Positions 9,639 through 19,877 of a stretch of DNA of 64,000 nucleotides are shown piece by piece (position 1 is the first letter of the stretch; each line of letters opens with the position of its first letter). The stretch spans positions 3,808,001 to 3,872,000 of the forward strand of contig OZ241875.1 of assembly GCA_965203325.1 (NCBI GenBank). The letters run 5' to 3'. Under the pieces are notes generated by a model. That model was not told the origin of the DNA, did no database searches, and saw only the letters and a list, made by a program, of their open reading frames with translations. The position numbers were made by a program, and so were the translations under genes. The DNA is from a bacterium (lineage in GTDB: Bacteria > UBA8248).

Positions 9639-10771
9639 CAGTTGCTCATGATCTTTTCGAGTTTGTCGGCGGCCTTCAAACCGTGGCCCGTCACCGGAAC
9701 GACCACGGTTTCAGACGGCTTGACCATACCTTGTTCCTTCAAAAGTGCGAGCGCGGCGAAGGCGACGGCGCTCGTCGGCTCCATGAGGACGCCCTTCGCG
9801 CCGAACTCCTGGAGAAGGGGAGGGATGGTTTCGTCTTGGACCGCGACGAAACATCCTCCACTCTCCCGGACGGCCTCGCGCATCTGCTTCCAGCGGACGG
9901 GCGCGGCGATGGAGATACCCTCCGCCATCGTGTCCTCCGGGATGATCTCTGGCACGGCTTCGAGATTCTCCTCCCACATCCGCACCATCGGCGCGCAGTT
10001 TGCCGCCTGGGCCGCGTAGATTTTCGGTAATTCGTCGATATAGTCCGCCCGGAGGAGTTCCGAAAAGCCGAGATAAGCGCCGATGAGCGCCGAGCCGTGC
10101 CCGGCGGGGGCGACGACGGCGTCGGGCGCACGAAAGCCCAGTTGCTCCCATACCTCGAACGCCCAGGTCTTGGTGCCGTGGTTGAACCAGGGGTTCCAGA
10201 AATGGGAGGCGTAGAAGCGCTCCTTGGCCGCTTCCATCGCGACGGCGGTGGATGCGGCGCGGGGGCCGGGGATTTTGTGAAGCCGCGCGCCATAGGCGGT
10301 GATCTGCGCGCACTTGGCCGATGAAGTGGAGGCGGGCGCGTAGATGTCGCACTCGATTCCGGCGCGCGCGGCGTAGGCGGCGACGGCGGCGGCGGCGTTG
10401 CCCGAGGAATCCATGAGCACCTGCGCGAGACCCCACTCCTTGAGCTTGCTCATCAGCACGGTGGCGCCCCGGTCCTTGAACGAGCCGGTGGGGAACAGGA
10501 AATCGAGCTTGCAGAGTATTTCCGCGCCTGAGAAAGCGAGGGGGACGAGCGGCGTCATCCCCTCGTTCATGGAGACGATGTTCTCATCTTTCTCGATAGG
10601 AATCGCCTCCCGGTAGCGCCAGAGGGTGGCGGGGCGGGCGGCCAGGGATTCGCGGGTGAAGATGCCCCTCGGCGCCACCTCCAGCGGCCCGCCGCAGCCG
10701 CAACGCCAGCGGGGTTCACTCGGGGGGTATTTCTCCCCGCAGTCGATACAGGCGAATTTCGCTTCACTCAT
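9638..10771 (-). CDS. thrC: Threonine synthase-like PLP enzyme
   Basis: N-terminal CxxC..CxC, PTGSFKDRG, DSSGNA, EPTSA, TGHGLK. Confidence 0.8.
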   Translation of the reverse strand: MSEAKFACIDCGEKYPPSEPRWRCGCGGPLEVAPRGIFTRESLAARPATLWRYREAIPIEKDENIVSMNEGMTPLVPLAFSGAEILCKLDFLFPTGSFKDRGATVLMSKLKEWGLAQVLMDSSGNAAAAVAAYAARAGIECDIYAPASTSSAKCAQITAYGARLHKIPGPRAASTAVAMEAAKERFYASHFWNPWFNHGTKTWAFEVWEQLGFRAPDAVVAPAGHGSALIGAYLGFSELLRADYIDELPKIYAAQAANCAPMVRMWEENLEAVPEIIPEDTMAEGISIAAPVRWKQMREAVRESGGCFVAVQDETIPPLLQEFGAKGVLMEPTSAVAFAALALLKEQGMVKPSETVVVPVTGHGLKAADKLEKIMSN

Positions 10772-10949
10772 TTTCCGGCGCCGATTCATCCGTTATAGTG
10801 AGGGTAAATGACGTTCAAGGCTAAATGTTCCGCGCATCGGCGTCCAGTCGCGCGGGGGAGATTCGGGTGGGAATGACCCTTTGGGGGGGGGGTATTGAAG
10901 AAAGTCTCCTTTCAGGAGGTAGGGGGGTAATGCCCCGACGAGAATTTCA

Positions 10950-11128
10950 AATCAACTCCCCCCTTGAGGGGTCTGGCTTCCCGAGGGGAAAGCCAGACGA
11001 TGAAGCCGAGCGGTTTTTGCGAAGGCTGAATCGGTGGGGGGACATGCCACAGAAAAAGCTCCCCCCACCGGCGCGACTTCGGACTACGTCCTTGTCTTGC
11101 CGACTCCCCCTCAAGGGGGGAGTGAATT
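10950..11128. repeat. MITE-like repeat family A, copy 3
   Basis: Same TIR; shares the GTCTGGCTTCCCGAGGGGAAAGCCAGAC arm with copies 1 and 4. Confidence 0.85.
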
Positions 11129-11312
11129 TCCTATCTCCTTGGGTAGTAGTGATCCTCCAGGTGGGAGTGAAAAACCCCCGAGTATCAGGGAGTGGCATTG
11201 GAGAGAGAATGATGGATTCAACTGCTGGACTCTTTACGAATTGACCGGCAAGAAGAAATCATAAATTCAGGTATATAATTCCGCTTCATCTCGATAATTT
11301 CAGGAGACATTC

Positions 11313-12614
11313 ATGGTAACGGACCCCAGGTTTTTCCCGAGAGACGGCCGCGCGGGCGACGCGGCGGCCTCGTTCTCCGCTGAGGAGCGCGACAGGCGGT
11401 GGAACGCGGTGCGCGCCGCCATGGATGCGCGCGGCCTCGACTGCCTCATCGTCATCGGGCGCGGCTCGAACGGAAGCGGCGACACCCGCTGGCTCGACGG
11501 GGGCGATTACGGGGAGCGCAGCATGGTGTTCCCCCGGAAGGGCGAGCCCGTCACCTTCTGGCTCCTGCAGAACTGGGGCAAGTGGTACACCGAATCGTGC
11601 TTCGAGGGGGTGCGCTACCGGGGGCACGAGGGGAAGGTGAGCATCGTGGCCTCAGACGCCATCAAGGAGCTGGGCTATGAGAGCGGGCGAATCGGCGTCG
11701 TCGGCCTCATCGGCGGGGGATACGGCTCTGAAGGATCGATCCCCTACATGACGTATCAAAACCTCAAGCGCCTTTTGCCGGATGCCGAGTTCGCAGACGC
11801 TTCGGACATCCTCACGCGCCTGCGCATGATAAAGAGCGCAGAAGAAATCGCGATGCTCGAAAAGGCGGCCGAGATGGTGAACATCGAGATAGACGCCGTG
11901 CTCGGCTGCTGCCGCCCGGGCGTGCGGGAGAGCGAGGTGTACGCCGCGCTGTTCGGCGCGAGCCTGCGCGCGGGCGCGGAGGAGGGCCGCGACAGCTGGC
12001 TCATCATGTGCTCGGGCAAGGGCTATCCGGTGAACAGAAGGCCCACGGACAGGATTCTGCGCACCGGCGACATGGTGTGCATCGGCTACTACGCGCGCTA
12101 CGGGGGCTACTGGAGCCACCCGCACACCTCGATGTCGCTGGGCCCGATGGATGCGGAATACAGGCCGCTGCGCGAGGCGGTGCGCGAAAGCCTCCATGCC
12201 GCGCTCGATGCGCTCAAGCCGGGCACGCCGTGGAGCGAGGTGGACCGCGCGTCGAACGAGGCGGTGCTGAGGGGCGGGTTTTATCACGAGATCCCCCAGG
12301 TGCACGGGGTGGGGATCGACGGCATCGAGCCGCCCATGACGACGATATGCGCGGGCGAGATTCCCCGGAAATTCTCCTGGCGCGAGCCTTTCGTCGAGGG
12401 GAGCCTGGCGGAGAACCCCGAATGGCGCGAACTCGCGGGTGAGCGCTACGGTTTTCTGGCGGATTTCGAGGTCGAGGCGGGCATGTCCCTCGCCGTCGAG
12501 ATAAAGGCCGCGCACGAGGACAGGATGTTCATCGTCTTCGGCCCGCAGGTGATCGTGGAGGAGAACGGCCCGCGGGTCCTCACGCCCGAGGCGATGGACG
12601 TGATCGAGTTGTAA
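11313..12614 (+). CDS. M24 family (Xaa-Pro peptidase/creatinase-like) protein
   Basis: ERDRRWNAVRAAM..GLDCL, LRMIKSAEEI, RPGVRE, HGVG; metal ligands look degenerate. Confidence 0.75.
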   Translation: MVTDPRFFPRDGRAGDAAASFSAEERDRRWNAVRAAMDARGLDCLIVIGRGSNGSGDTRWLDGGDYGERSMVFPRKGEPVTFWLLQNWGKWYTESCFEGVRYRGHEGKVSIVASDAIKELGYESGRIGVVGLIGGGYGSEGSIPYMTYQNLKRLLPDAEFADASDILTRLRMIKSAEEIAMLEKAAEMVNIEIDAVLGCCRPGVRESEVYAALFGASLRAGAEEGRDSWLIMCSGKGYPVNRRPTDRILRTGDMVCIGYYARYGGYWSHPHTSMSLGPMDAEYRPLREAVRESLHAALDALKPGTPWSEVDRASNEAVLRGGFYHEIPQVHGVGIDGIEPPMTTICAGEIPRKFSWREPFVEGSLAENPEWRELAGERYGFLADFEVEAGMSLAVEIKAAHEDRMFIVFGPQVIVEENGPRVLTPEAMDVIEL

Positions 12615-12740
12615 TCGAACACGACCGTGGAGGGGCTGTTGTATAATGCCCTGATTTTCGTGATTCGGCGTATGAAGCCAATCGAGGAGGGAGGAGACAA
12701 CACTCCCTTTTGAAGGTAGTTGCCAACCTAGGAACAAGGA

Positions 12741-12922
12741 AATTAACTCCCCCCTTGAGGGTCTGGCTTCCCGAGGGGAAAGCCAGACGGTGAGGTGAGG
12801 GGGTTTTTACCCGAAACCGAACCGGTGGGGGGAGCTTTTTCTGTGGCATGTCCCCCCACCACATCGGCCTTCGCATAAACCGCTCGGCCTCTGTGACTCC
12901 CCCTCAAGGGGGGAGTTGATTT
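12741..12922. repeat. MITE-like repeat family A, copy 4
   Basis: Same TIR; core and right flank are the reverse complement of copy 3. Confidence 0.85.
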
Positions 12923-13021
12923 GAAATTCTCGTCGGGGTAGTAACCTCCCTTACCAAGGGGGCTTTTTTGTTTTTACCCCCTGACAAGGGGGGGTAAGGG
13001 GGTGGTTTTTCGGGCATTGGT

Positions 13022-14068
13022 TCATCCTATCCGCCAGGCCGTCACGCCACCCTGCGCGTCGAGCGCGGCAAGCGCGCGCCCGTCCGGCCGCCAGTACAGT
13101 TTCGCCCCGATGCCCGCCAGAACCGCGGTCCCGATCGGACGGCCATTTCCGTCCCTCTCAAGCGACCACACCACGACGGCGCCATCCCGTCCCGCCGATG
13201 CCAGGCGCATCCCGCGGCGAGCGAAGGCAAGCGTCGTGACGGGTTGAACATGAAACTCCAGAACACCGGGCCGCGTGCCTTCGGGACCATCTCCCTCGAA
13301 GCTCCAGACCGTCACCGCCTCCCCTCCGCCGGTGGCCAAAAGGGTGCCGGTATCATCGAAAGCCAGGGCCGACGGCTTGGCGGAATATCCTGACATCATG
13401 GCGTCCCGCTCCGTGGAGCGACGCCAGAAGTGCACCGTGTTGTCCTGGCTGCCGCAGGCCACGATATCCCCGCCCGGGCTCAGTACCATCGACACCAGGG
13501 AGCCCCGCCACTCCAGCTTCTGGCGAAGCTCGCCGGTGGGCGCGTCGAAGAACGTCACTCGACCGTAACAGGCCGTCGCCAGCTCCCCTGCGCTCGACCA
13601 GGCGATCGCGCTGACCGTGCTGGGATGATCATCAGATCGCCAAACCTCCGCGCCGTCCACGCCATACGCGCGAACCTGCCGGGAGCAGGAGGCCGCCAAC
13701 CACTGGCCGTCCGGCGACCACGCCACGTTCTCCACCCAATCGCCCCCGATGTCGATAGCCTGTTTTACCTGGCCTTCGGCGATACCCCAGATAAGGACTC
13801 GTCCGTCCTGGCCGGCAGTAGCGAACGTGGTTCCGCTTGGGTGGATCGCCACCGCGAGCACACCGCCTTCATGAACCCCGCGCCGCTCCCAGGTGGTCGC
13901 GCCGGACTTGCCGTCGAATGCGTAAACGCCACCCGCAGCGTCAGCGACCATCAGCGCCTCACCACGCAGGCTCCAGCCACCGGCGATAGCGTAGTCGCCA
14001 ACCGCCGCAGACCAGCCCCGGCGAAGAACACCCTTTGGGGCGTCGACATTTTGGAGTGCCGCCGACAT
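13022..14068 (-). CDS. WD40-repeat beta-propeller protein
   Basis: Repeats ATAGQDGRVLIW, ACGSQDNTVHFW, ASAGRDGAVVVW. Confidence 0.9.
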   Translation of the reverse strand: MSAALQNVDAPKGVLRRGWSAAVGDYAIAGGWSLRGEALMVADAAGGVYAFDGKSGATTWERRGVHEGGVLAVAIHPSGTTFATAGQDGRVLIWGIAEGQVKQAIDIGGDWVENVAWSPDGQWLAASCSRQVRAYGVDGAEVWRSDDHPSTVSAIAWSSAGELATACYGRVTFFDAPTGELRQKLEWRGSLVSMVLSPGGDIVACGSQDNTVHFWRRSTERDAMMSGYSAKPSALAFDDTGTLLATGGGEAVTVWSFEGDGPEGTRPGVLEFHVQPVTTLAFARRGMRLASAGRDGAVVVWSLERDGNGRPIGTAVLAGIGAKLYWRPDGRALAALDAQGGVTAWRIG

Positions 14069-14069
14069 C

Positions 14070-14297
14070 TCAATCAGCCTTGGCAGTGGCAATCGCTGCG
14101 ATGTTGGCCAACAGCCATGCGGATGCAGCAAACAACTGCAACCAATCCCCACCGGACCTGAGCCCGTAAGTCAGCATGCTGCCAATCCAGCAAACGCTGG
14201 CAGCCGTTTGTCCGAGCCATTCGATGCTCCGCACCCTGGCGAGTCGGCTTCGCCTCGCGCCAGACGCGGCGGCCCCTTCGTCGTTTCCCGTCAACAT
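14070..14297 (-). CDS. Small membrane protein (about two TM helices)
   Basis: Fills the gap exactly between the oxidoreductase and WD40 genes, GGAGG RBS, hydrophobic segments. Confidence 0.6.
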   Translation of the reverse strand: MLTGNDEGAAASGARRSRLARVRSIEWLGQTAASVCWIGSMLTYGLRSGGDWLQLFAASAWLLANIAAIATAKAD

Positions 14298-15421
14298 ACG
14301 CACTCCTCCCCGCAATAGGAGAGGTCATCGAGATACATGCCCCACTTGCGGTACTCTTCCAACTCTTCCGCCGGCAGCCCCAACGAGGTCGCAATGGCTT
14401 TGGCGACAACGGCGAATCGCTGTCGATACTTGTAGATAAAACAGAAGACGGAATTGTCATGGCGAACTGCGGGGCCGCAGAGAAATACGCCCGGTACGAT
14501 GGTTGATTCATCGTGTTCGCTCAGAAGCGGAAAGCCATCGTCGCGTCGCTCAAACAAATCCGCGACCAACTTGTGACTCCCCTCAAATCCGCCCGCCCAT
14601 AGCGGCGGCACGCGGGTTTCAAACCGATGCCCGTCTCGAGCCGTGACTTCATACATGGCGTCCACGCGAGTGACCGATTCGATAGGTGTGTGCGGAAACA
14701 GCTCCACTTGCTCGACAAACCAGTCTTCACGCATCCGTTCGAGCGTAAACGGGGAAAGCGCGACACTGGGATCGGAACTCTCTTCCTCCCACGGGCAATC
14801 CTTGTCGAACAACCGCACTCGTTTGTCGCGAAACGCCAGGTGGTAGGCCACGTCGACACCACTTTCGTAGCCACCCACAACGATGAAGTCGTCACCGTCA
14901 AGCTCTCCATAACTGGCGATGGTCGCGGTGTGACGACACAATTGGCTGCCAACAAACCCATTCAAGCGTGGGTATTGGAACTCGCCGGCGGCCCAGATGA
15001 CGTGCTTGGCTTGCAAGGTCTCGTCGGCCGTATCGATACGAAAGCCGTCGCCAACCTTTGCTATCTGCATCACGTCGGTATCCTGGCGTACGGGTAACTC
15101 AAAGAAATGTGCGACTGCACGCAAATATATCGCGTACTCTTCACCCGTCGGATGCTCAACCTCCAAACTGAACGCGGGTGAAGTTCCAATCGCGATCGAG
15201 TTCAAATCGAGCATGCCGATCGAATTGGTTGGGTACGAGGGCGTGATGAAGCGAGTCTCGGCCGGCCATGAGGCGAACGATGCGCCGACCGTGTGACGAT
15301 CGAGAACTACGAAGTTCTCGATGCCGGCATGCCTGAGAGCCACCGCGGCGCCCACGCCTGCGGCGCCGGCGCCGACGATCACGACGTCATAGAAGATTTT
15401 ACTGCTCTCGGCGCCGCTCAT
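14291..15421 (-). CDS. NAD(P)/FAD-dependent oxidoreductase (Pyr_redox_3-like) with C-terminal CxxxCxC
   Basis: VGAGAAG, WAAGEFQYP, GGYESG, FCFIYKYRQRF; ends CGEECVC. Confidence 0.85.
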   Translation of the reverse strand: MSGAESSKIFYDVVIVGAGAAGVGAAVALRHAGIENFVVLDRHTVGASFASWPAETRFITPSYPTNSIGMLDLNSIAIGTSPAFSLEVEHPTGEEYAIYLRAVAHFFELPVRQDTDVMQIAKVGDGFRIDTADETLQAKHVIWAAGEFQYPRLNGFVGSQLCRHTATIASYGELDGDDFIVVGGYESGVDVAYHLAFRDKRVRLFDKDCPWEEESSDPSVALSPFTLERMREDWFVEQVELFPHTPIESVTRVDAMYEVTARDGHRFETRVPPLWAGGFEGSHKLVADLFERRDDGFPLLSEHDESTIVPGVFLCGPAVRHDNSVFCFIYKYRQRFAVVAKAIATSLGLPAEELEEYRKWGMYLDDLSYCGEECVC

Positions 15422-15442
15422 GCAGGCTCCTCCTGTCGGTAT

Positions 15443-16789
15443 TCAAATCAGGCATGCCTCGAATCCCTCCCGCATGCTCTGTTCATCGAGGTCGCGGCCG
15501 ATGAAGACGAGCTGATTGCGCCGGGGCGAGTCTCCCCATGGACGATCCGGCTGGCCGTCAAAGAGCATGTGAACCCCCTGGAAGACGAAGCGACGCGACT
15601 CACCCGCGAGGCTGATGAAGCCCTTCATTCGGAAGATGTCCACCCCGCGCTCACGGAGCAGTTCGCCAATCCAGGCGTCGAGCTTTTTGGGGTCGACGTC
15701 GCCGTCCCTCTCGATCGCGATCGAGCCCACCTCGTCATCGTGCTCGTGCTGTGCGACCCAGGTGCGCTCCACCTCTGGCCTGATTGCCGCTCCTTCCGCG
15801 TTCCTCAGTTGGAGGTCGAACTCCTCCGCGCCGTGCTCGGCGTAGAGGGCAACCCGCACCTGCGTGTCGACCTCGAAGAAGAACGACTTGCGCCCCGGGG
15901 AATCGAGTAAGAGGTTCACATGCTTTCCGAGTGGAATCTCTTCCCCCGGGCGAATGAGCTCCGCAGGTTCGGCGTACTGCCGCACACACCACTCCGCACC
16001 CTCACGGAGGGCAGCGTCATCCGTGCCCTGGTCGGACACGACGACGAGCGACATCGCCGGATCAGGTCCATCGGCGAGGTCGAGTTCGTAGCGGCCGGTA
16101 TCGAGCGAATAGACTCCGGTCCATTCGAACGGATACTCCGGCTCGAGGAAGGTGGGACGACGCTCGAGCACCTGGTCCAGGTCGAAGGCGCCGAGGTTGA
16201 GGACCGTGTCGACCGAAACGTCCGCCCGCTCGCTGCGCACGACGCGCGCCATTCGGTTCATGTCCCGGAGCCGGGCTTCGAGCCTGTCGAGCGCCTCGCC
16301 GTTGACGAGGTCCGTCTTGTTGAGCAACAGGACGTCCGCGAACGCGATTTGCTCGGTGCTTTCGTCGCTTCGGCCGAGCTGTTGCTCGATGTGGGCTGCA
16401 TCGACGAGCGTGACGATCCCGTCAAGCGCGAACTCCGCGCGAATCTCGTCGTCCATGAAGAAGGTCTGAGCGACCGGGCCGGGATCGGCGAGCCCTGTGG
16501 TCTCCACCAGCACATAGTCGAACTTGTCGCGGCGCTTCATGAGATTGCCGAGCACGCGAATCAGGTCTCCGCGCACCGTGCAGCAGATGCAGCCGTTCGC
16601 CATCTCGAAGATCTCTTCGTCAGCGTTGATGACGAGCGCCTGATCGATGCCGACCTCTCCGTACTCGTTCTCGATCACGGCAATGCGCTTGCCGTGCTCT
16701 TCACTCAATATCCGGTTGAGCAGGGTCGTCTTGCCAGAGCCGAGGAAACCGGTGAGGATGGAAACAGGTACTTTTCGCGGCGTGTTCAT
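15443..16789 (-). CDS. COG0523/CobW-family GTPase metallochaperone
   Basis: GFLGSGKTT, NGCICCT, ETTGLADP, NKTD; CobW_C domain RMKG...FQGVH. Confidence 0.92.
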   Translation of the reverse strand: MNTPRKVPVSILTGFLGSGKTTLLNRILSEEHGKRIAVIENEYGEVGIDQALVINADEEIFEMANGCICCTVRGDLIRVLGNLMKRRDKFDYVLVETTGLADPGPVAQTFFMDDEIRAEFALDGIVTLVDAAHIEQQLGRSDESTEQIAFADVLLLNKTDLVNGEALDRLEARLRDMNRMARVVRSERADVSVDTVLNLGAFDLDQVLERRPTFLEPEYPFEWTGVYSLDTGRYELDLADGPDPAMSLVVVSDQGTDDAALREGAEWCVRQYAEPAELIRPGEEIPLGKHVNLLLDSPGRKSFFFEVDTQVRVALYAEHGAEEFDLQLRNAEGAAIRPEVERTWVAQHEHDDEVGSIAIERDGDVDPKKLDAWIGELLRERGVDIFRMKGFISLAGESRRFVFQGVHMLFDGQPDRPWGDSPRRNQLVFIGRDLDEQSMREGFEACLI

Positions 16790-17035
16790 CTAGTTCTCCT
16801 CGAGCAGAGGTATGGGTATCGGAATTTGGACGTCGAACGTCCGCGTGATGGCCCAATGGGCTCTCATGGAACGTCTCGCGAAGCTCTTGATAGATTTGAA
16901 TCCGGCTCGACTCTCTCGTGCGGCTCACGCGGAGAGCCAGGCGCCCTGCAGGACGTGCGCACGTGAGGTGCGGATGACCGTGAGGCGCCTGAGATGTCGG
17001 TGCCCCTTTCGCCAAAACGGACGGGGCAGTTTCGG

Positions 17036-18250
17036 TCATGCCGGCTCCTCGTCCATGAGAAGCTCCGGGAACGGGTTCCGGAGCTCTGCCCAGGCCTTGC
17101 TGCCAGCGGAGGCGAGGCGCTCGTCGAGCAGGCACGCGTCGAGGCGGGCGCGTATCTCCGCCTCGTGCATCTGCTGGCCGATGAAGACGAGTTGCTGCAC
17201 GCGATCGCCGAAGCGGGGATGCCAGTCCGGCTCCTGGTCAGGTCGCTCATCCTTGGGGTGCTCCCAGTGTTCGCGAGGCACGGCCGCCCACCACATCCCG
17301 GCGGGTTTCACGTCGCTGACGCCGCCGGCCAGAGCCCACTCGTAGGCGATCCGATGGTCAGCGGCGACCCAGAAGAGGCCCTTTGAGCGGAGCACGCCGC
17401 TCCAGTTCTCGTCGTCGTGCAGGAACGCCCACAGCTTCTCGGCGTCGAAGGGCTGCGCCGTCCGATAGGTGAAGCTCGAGATACCGTACTCCTCGGTCTC
17501 CGGCGTGTGCTCACCCTGAAGCTCTCGAATCCAGCCGGCGGAGCTCTCCGCCTTCTCGTAGTCGAACAGGCCCGTGTCGAGCACGCATTCGAGCGGGACC
17601 TGTCCGTGCGTCGCCATGAGGAGCTTCGCGCCGGGGTTGAGCGCTTTCACGATAGCCTTGACCTCGAGAGCCTGATCGTTGCTCACGAGATCGATCTTGT
17701 TGAGCACGATGACGTCGGCGAACTCGATCTGGTCGATGAGCAAGTCGGTCACCGTCCGGTGATCATCTTCGCCCAGCGACTCACCGCGGTCCTGGAGCGC
17801 GTCGGCGGCGTTGTAGTCCCGCAGGAAGCTCGCCGCGTCCACGATCGTGACCATCGTGTCGAGGCGCGAAACCTGACCCAGGCTCACACCGTTCTCGTCC
17901 TCGAAGGTGAAGGTCTGCGCGACGGGAATGGGCTCGGAGATCCCGGTGGACTCGATGAGCAGGTAGTCGAAGCGTTTCTCCTGCGCGAGCCGTGAGACCT
18001 CGGCGAGCAGGTCGTCTCGCAGCGTGCAGCAGATGCAGCCGTTCGACATTTCGACCAGCTTCTCCTCGGTCCGCGAGAGTTCCGCACCGCCGCGCTCGAC
18101 GAGCGCCGCGTCGATGTTGACCTCGCTCATATCGTTGACGATGACCGCGACGCGCATGCCCTCGCGGTTTCTGAGCACGTTGTTGAGAAGAGTGGTCTTG
18201 CCTGCGCCGAGAAAGCCGGACAGGACAGTAACGGGAAGTCTCTCTGACAT
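17036..18250 (-). CDS. zigA: COG0523 zinc metallochaperone GTPase, ZigA/YciC-like
   Basis: [47 protein letters not shown]. Confidence 0.88.
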   Translation of the reverse strand: MSERLPVTVLSGFLGAGKTTLLNNVLRNREGMRVAVIVNDMSEVNIDAALVERGGAELSRTEEKLVEMSNGCICCTLRDDLLAEVSRLAQEKRFDYLLIESTGISEPIPVAQTFTFEDENGVSLGQVSRLDTMVTIVDAASFLRDYNAADALQDRGESLGEDDHRTVTDLLIDQIEFADVIVLNKIDLVSNDQALEVKAIVKALNPGAKLLMATHGQVPLECVLDTGLFDYEKAESSAGWIRELQGEHTPETEEYGISSFTYRTAQPFDAEKLWAFLHDDENWSGVLRSKGLFWVAADHRIAYEWALAGGVSDVKPAGMWWAAVPREHWEHPKDERPDQEPDWHPRFGDRVQQLVFIGQQMHEAEIRARLDACLLDERLASAGSKAWAELRNPFPELLMDEEPA

Positions 18251-18586
18251 GGGCACTTTGGTTCCCTCACTCAAAGGGTGATGACCAGGTCGGGCGCGGC
18301 GGGGGCGAGCGCGGCCGCGGCGGACAATAACAAAACTCTTGCCTTCACGGATTTCTCCTTTCCCTTTCAGACTTCCCGTTCACGATGCGCCATGAAGCGC
18401 TGGACAGGTTCGCTTGCTTCACCGACCACACAGGTCCCCGGACAGACTCCTGCGCCTGTCCGGCTACAGAACCATCGAAACTCCCTTCGGTTCCGTTCGC
18501 CGCTGCGAAAATAGCGGGCGGCTCCCGGGGATATGCGGGGGGAATAGAGCGGGCTGGTTCATATCCCCGGGAAGCGCCGCCTCAAA

Positions 18587-19777
18587 TTATTTCCGCGAAA
18601 GACACGTTTTGAGAGATTTCGCCATGTTGCGCAGGAGGGTGAAATACGCGTCCTCACCGGCGGGAATTTCCGCGCCCAGGGGGTCGAGCACGCCGGTTCC
18701 AGCGCCCGTTCCCTCCATGACGACCTTCACCAGCTTGGGCTGGAACTGCGGCTCGCTGAACACGCAGATCGACTTCGTGTCCCTGACCTTCTTGCGAATC
18801 TCGACGAGGCGCGCAGCGCCCGGCTTTTTCTCGGGCGAGAGGGTCACCGAACCGATGGCGTTCAGCCCGTAGCGTTTCTCAAAGTATTGATACGCATCGT
18901 GAAAGACGATGTAAGGCGCGCCTTTCAGCGGCGCGAGCGTACTTACCAATTCCTCATGCAGGGCGTCCAATCGAGCCATAAGCCTCTTTTCGTTCGCCTC
19001 GTATTTTTCCCTGTTCGCAGGATCCGCATCTTCGAGCTCATGCGTGATTTCATGCACCCACTTCTTGGCGTTCATGGGGTCGAGCCAGACGTGCGCGTCG
19101 AAGTCGTCGTGATGACCATCTCCGTGATGATCCCCGGCCTTCTCGTCGTGATGATCGTCTTTGCCTTTCTCGTGTTTATGATCATCGTGGTGCTTGTCTT
19201 TGGCCATAGCGTGTTTGCGATCATCATGGTGATCGTCTTTGGCTTTTTCGTGCTCATGCTTGTGGTGGTCATCTTTGCCTTTGCCGTGTTTGTCCTCATC
19301 GTGGTGATGGTCGTCTTTTTTGGCCATGCCGCGCTTATGTTCGTTGTGGTGGTCGCCTTTTCCCTCTTCACCGTGATGATCGTCGTGCCCTTCCCACAAG
19401 CCGCCTTCTCTGATCTTCAACAGCTTCAGACCCTTTATCTCCGCCATGGCGACGACCTCCGCCCGTTTCGGCAGAACTTCGAGGGGCCGCTCGAGGCTCG
19501 GGGCGAGCGACTCGCCCACCCAGAAAATCACGCGCGCCCGCTCGATCTCCCTGGCGTCGGAGGGTTTGAGCGAAAACGTATGCGGCGAGGCTGCGCCTTT
19601 TATCAGCAGATAAGGTTCGCCGACCCCCTTCATGACGCCCGAGACCAGCGAATGAAGCGGCTTGATGGAGGCCACCACCTTGGGCGCGGCCGATGCGGGG
19701 GCGGCCAGGCGCGCAATAAACGTCATTGTCAGGGCCGCAGTGAACAACATATATTTCATGGATTCGATCCTATTCAT
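18587..19777 (-). CDS. znuA: Zinc ABC transporter substrate-binding protein with a very long His-rich loop
   Basis: Signal peptide, VVASIKPLHSLV, ASPH, DAHVWLDP, VFHDAYQYFE. Confidence 0.92.
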   Translation of the reverse strand: MNRIESMKYMLFTAALTMTFIARLAAPASAAPKVVASIKPLHSLVSGVMKGVGEPYLLIKGAASPHTFSLKPSDAREIERARVIFWVGESLAPSLERPLEVLPKRAEVVAMAEIKGLKLLKIREGGLWEGHDDHHGEEGKGDHHNEHKRGMAKKDDHHHDEDKHGKGKDDHHKHEHEKAKDDHHDDRKHAMAKDKHHDDHKHEKGKDDHHDEKAGDHHGDGHHDDFDAHVWLDPMNAKKWVHEITHELEDADPANREKYEANEKRLMARLDALHEELVSTLAPLKGAPYIVFHDAYQYFEKRYGLNAIGSVTLSPEKKPGAARLVEIRKKVRDTKSICVFSEPQFQPKLVKVVMEGTGAGTGVLDPLGAEIPAGEDAYFTLLRNMAKSLKTCLSRK

Positions 19778-19820
19778 GAATTCTTTCCTTTCGGCGTGAA
19801 ATGGGATTGAAAAAGTTTTC

Positions 19821-19843
19821 TATATGTTATATTATAACATTAT
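19821..19843. promoter_or_regulatory. Zur box between divergent znuA and zur-znuCB
   Basis: Palindrome ATGTTATA-T-TATAACAT matches the known Zur consensus. Confidence 0.85.
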
Positions 19844-19877
19844 CATTTCACTCGTCAAGGAATTTTAGGTGACATCG

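Noticed and set aside
16790..17039. Possible small gene between the two COG0523 GTPases (ATGA overlap at the zigA stop)
   Set aside because: The translation shows no family motif and runs out of frame into the next gene; it may be a decayed gene but cannot be supported
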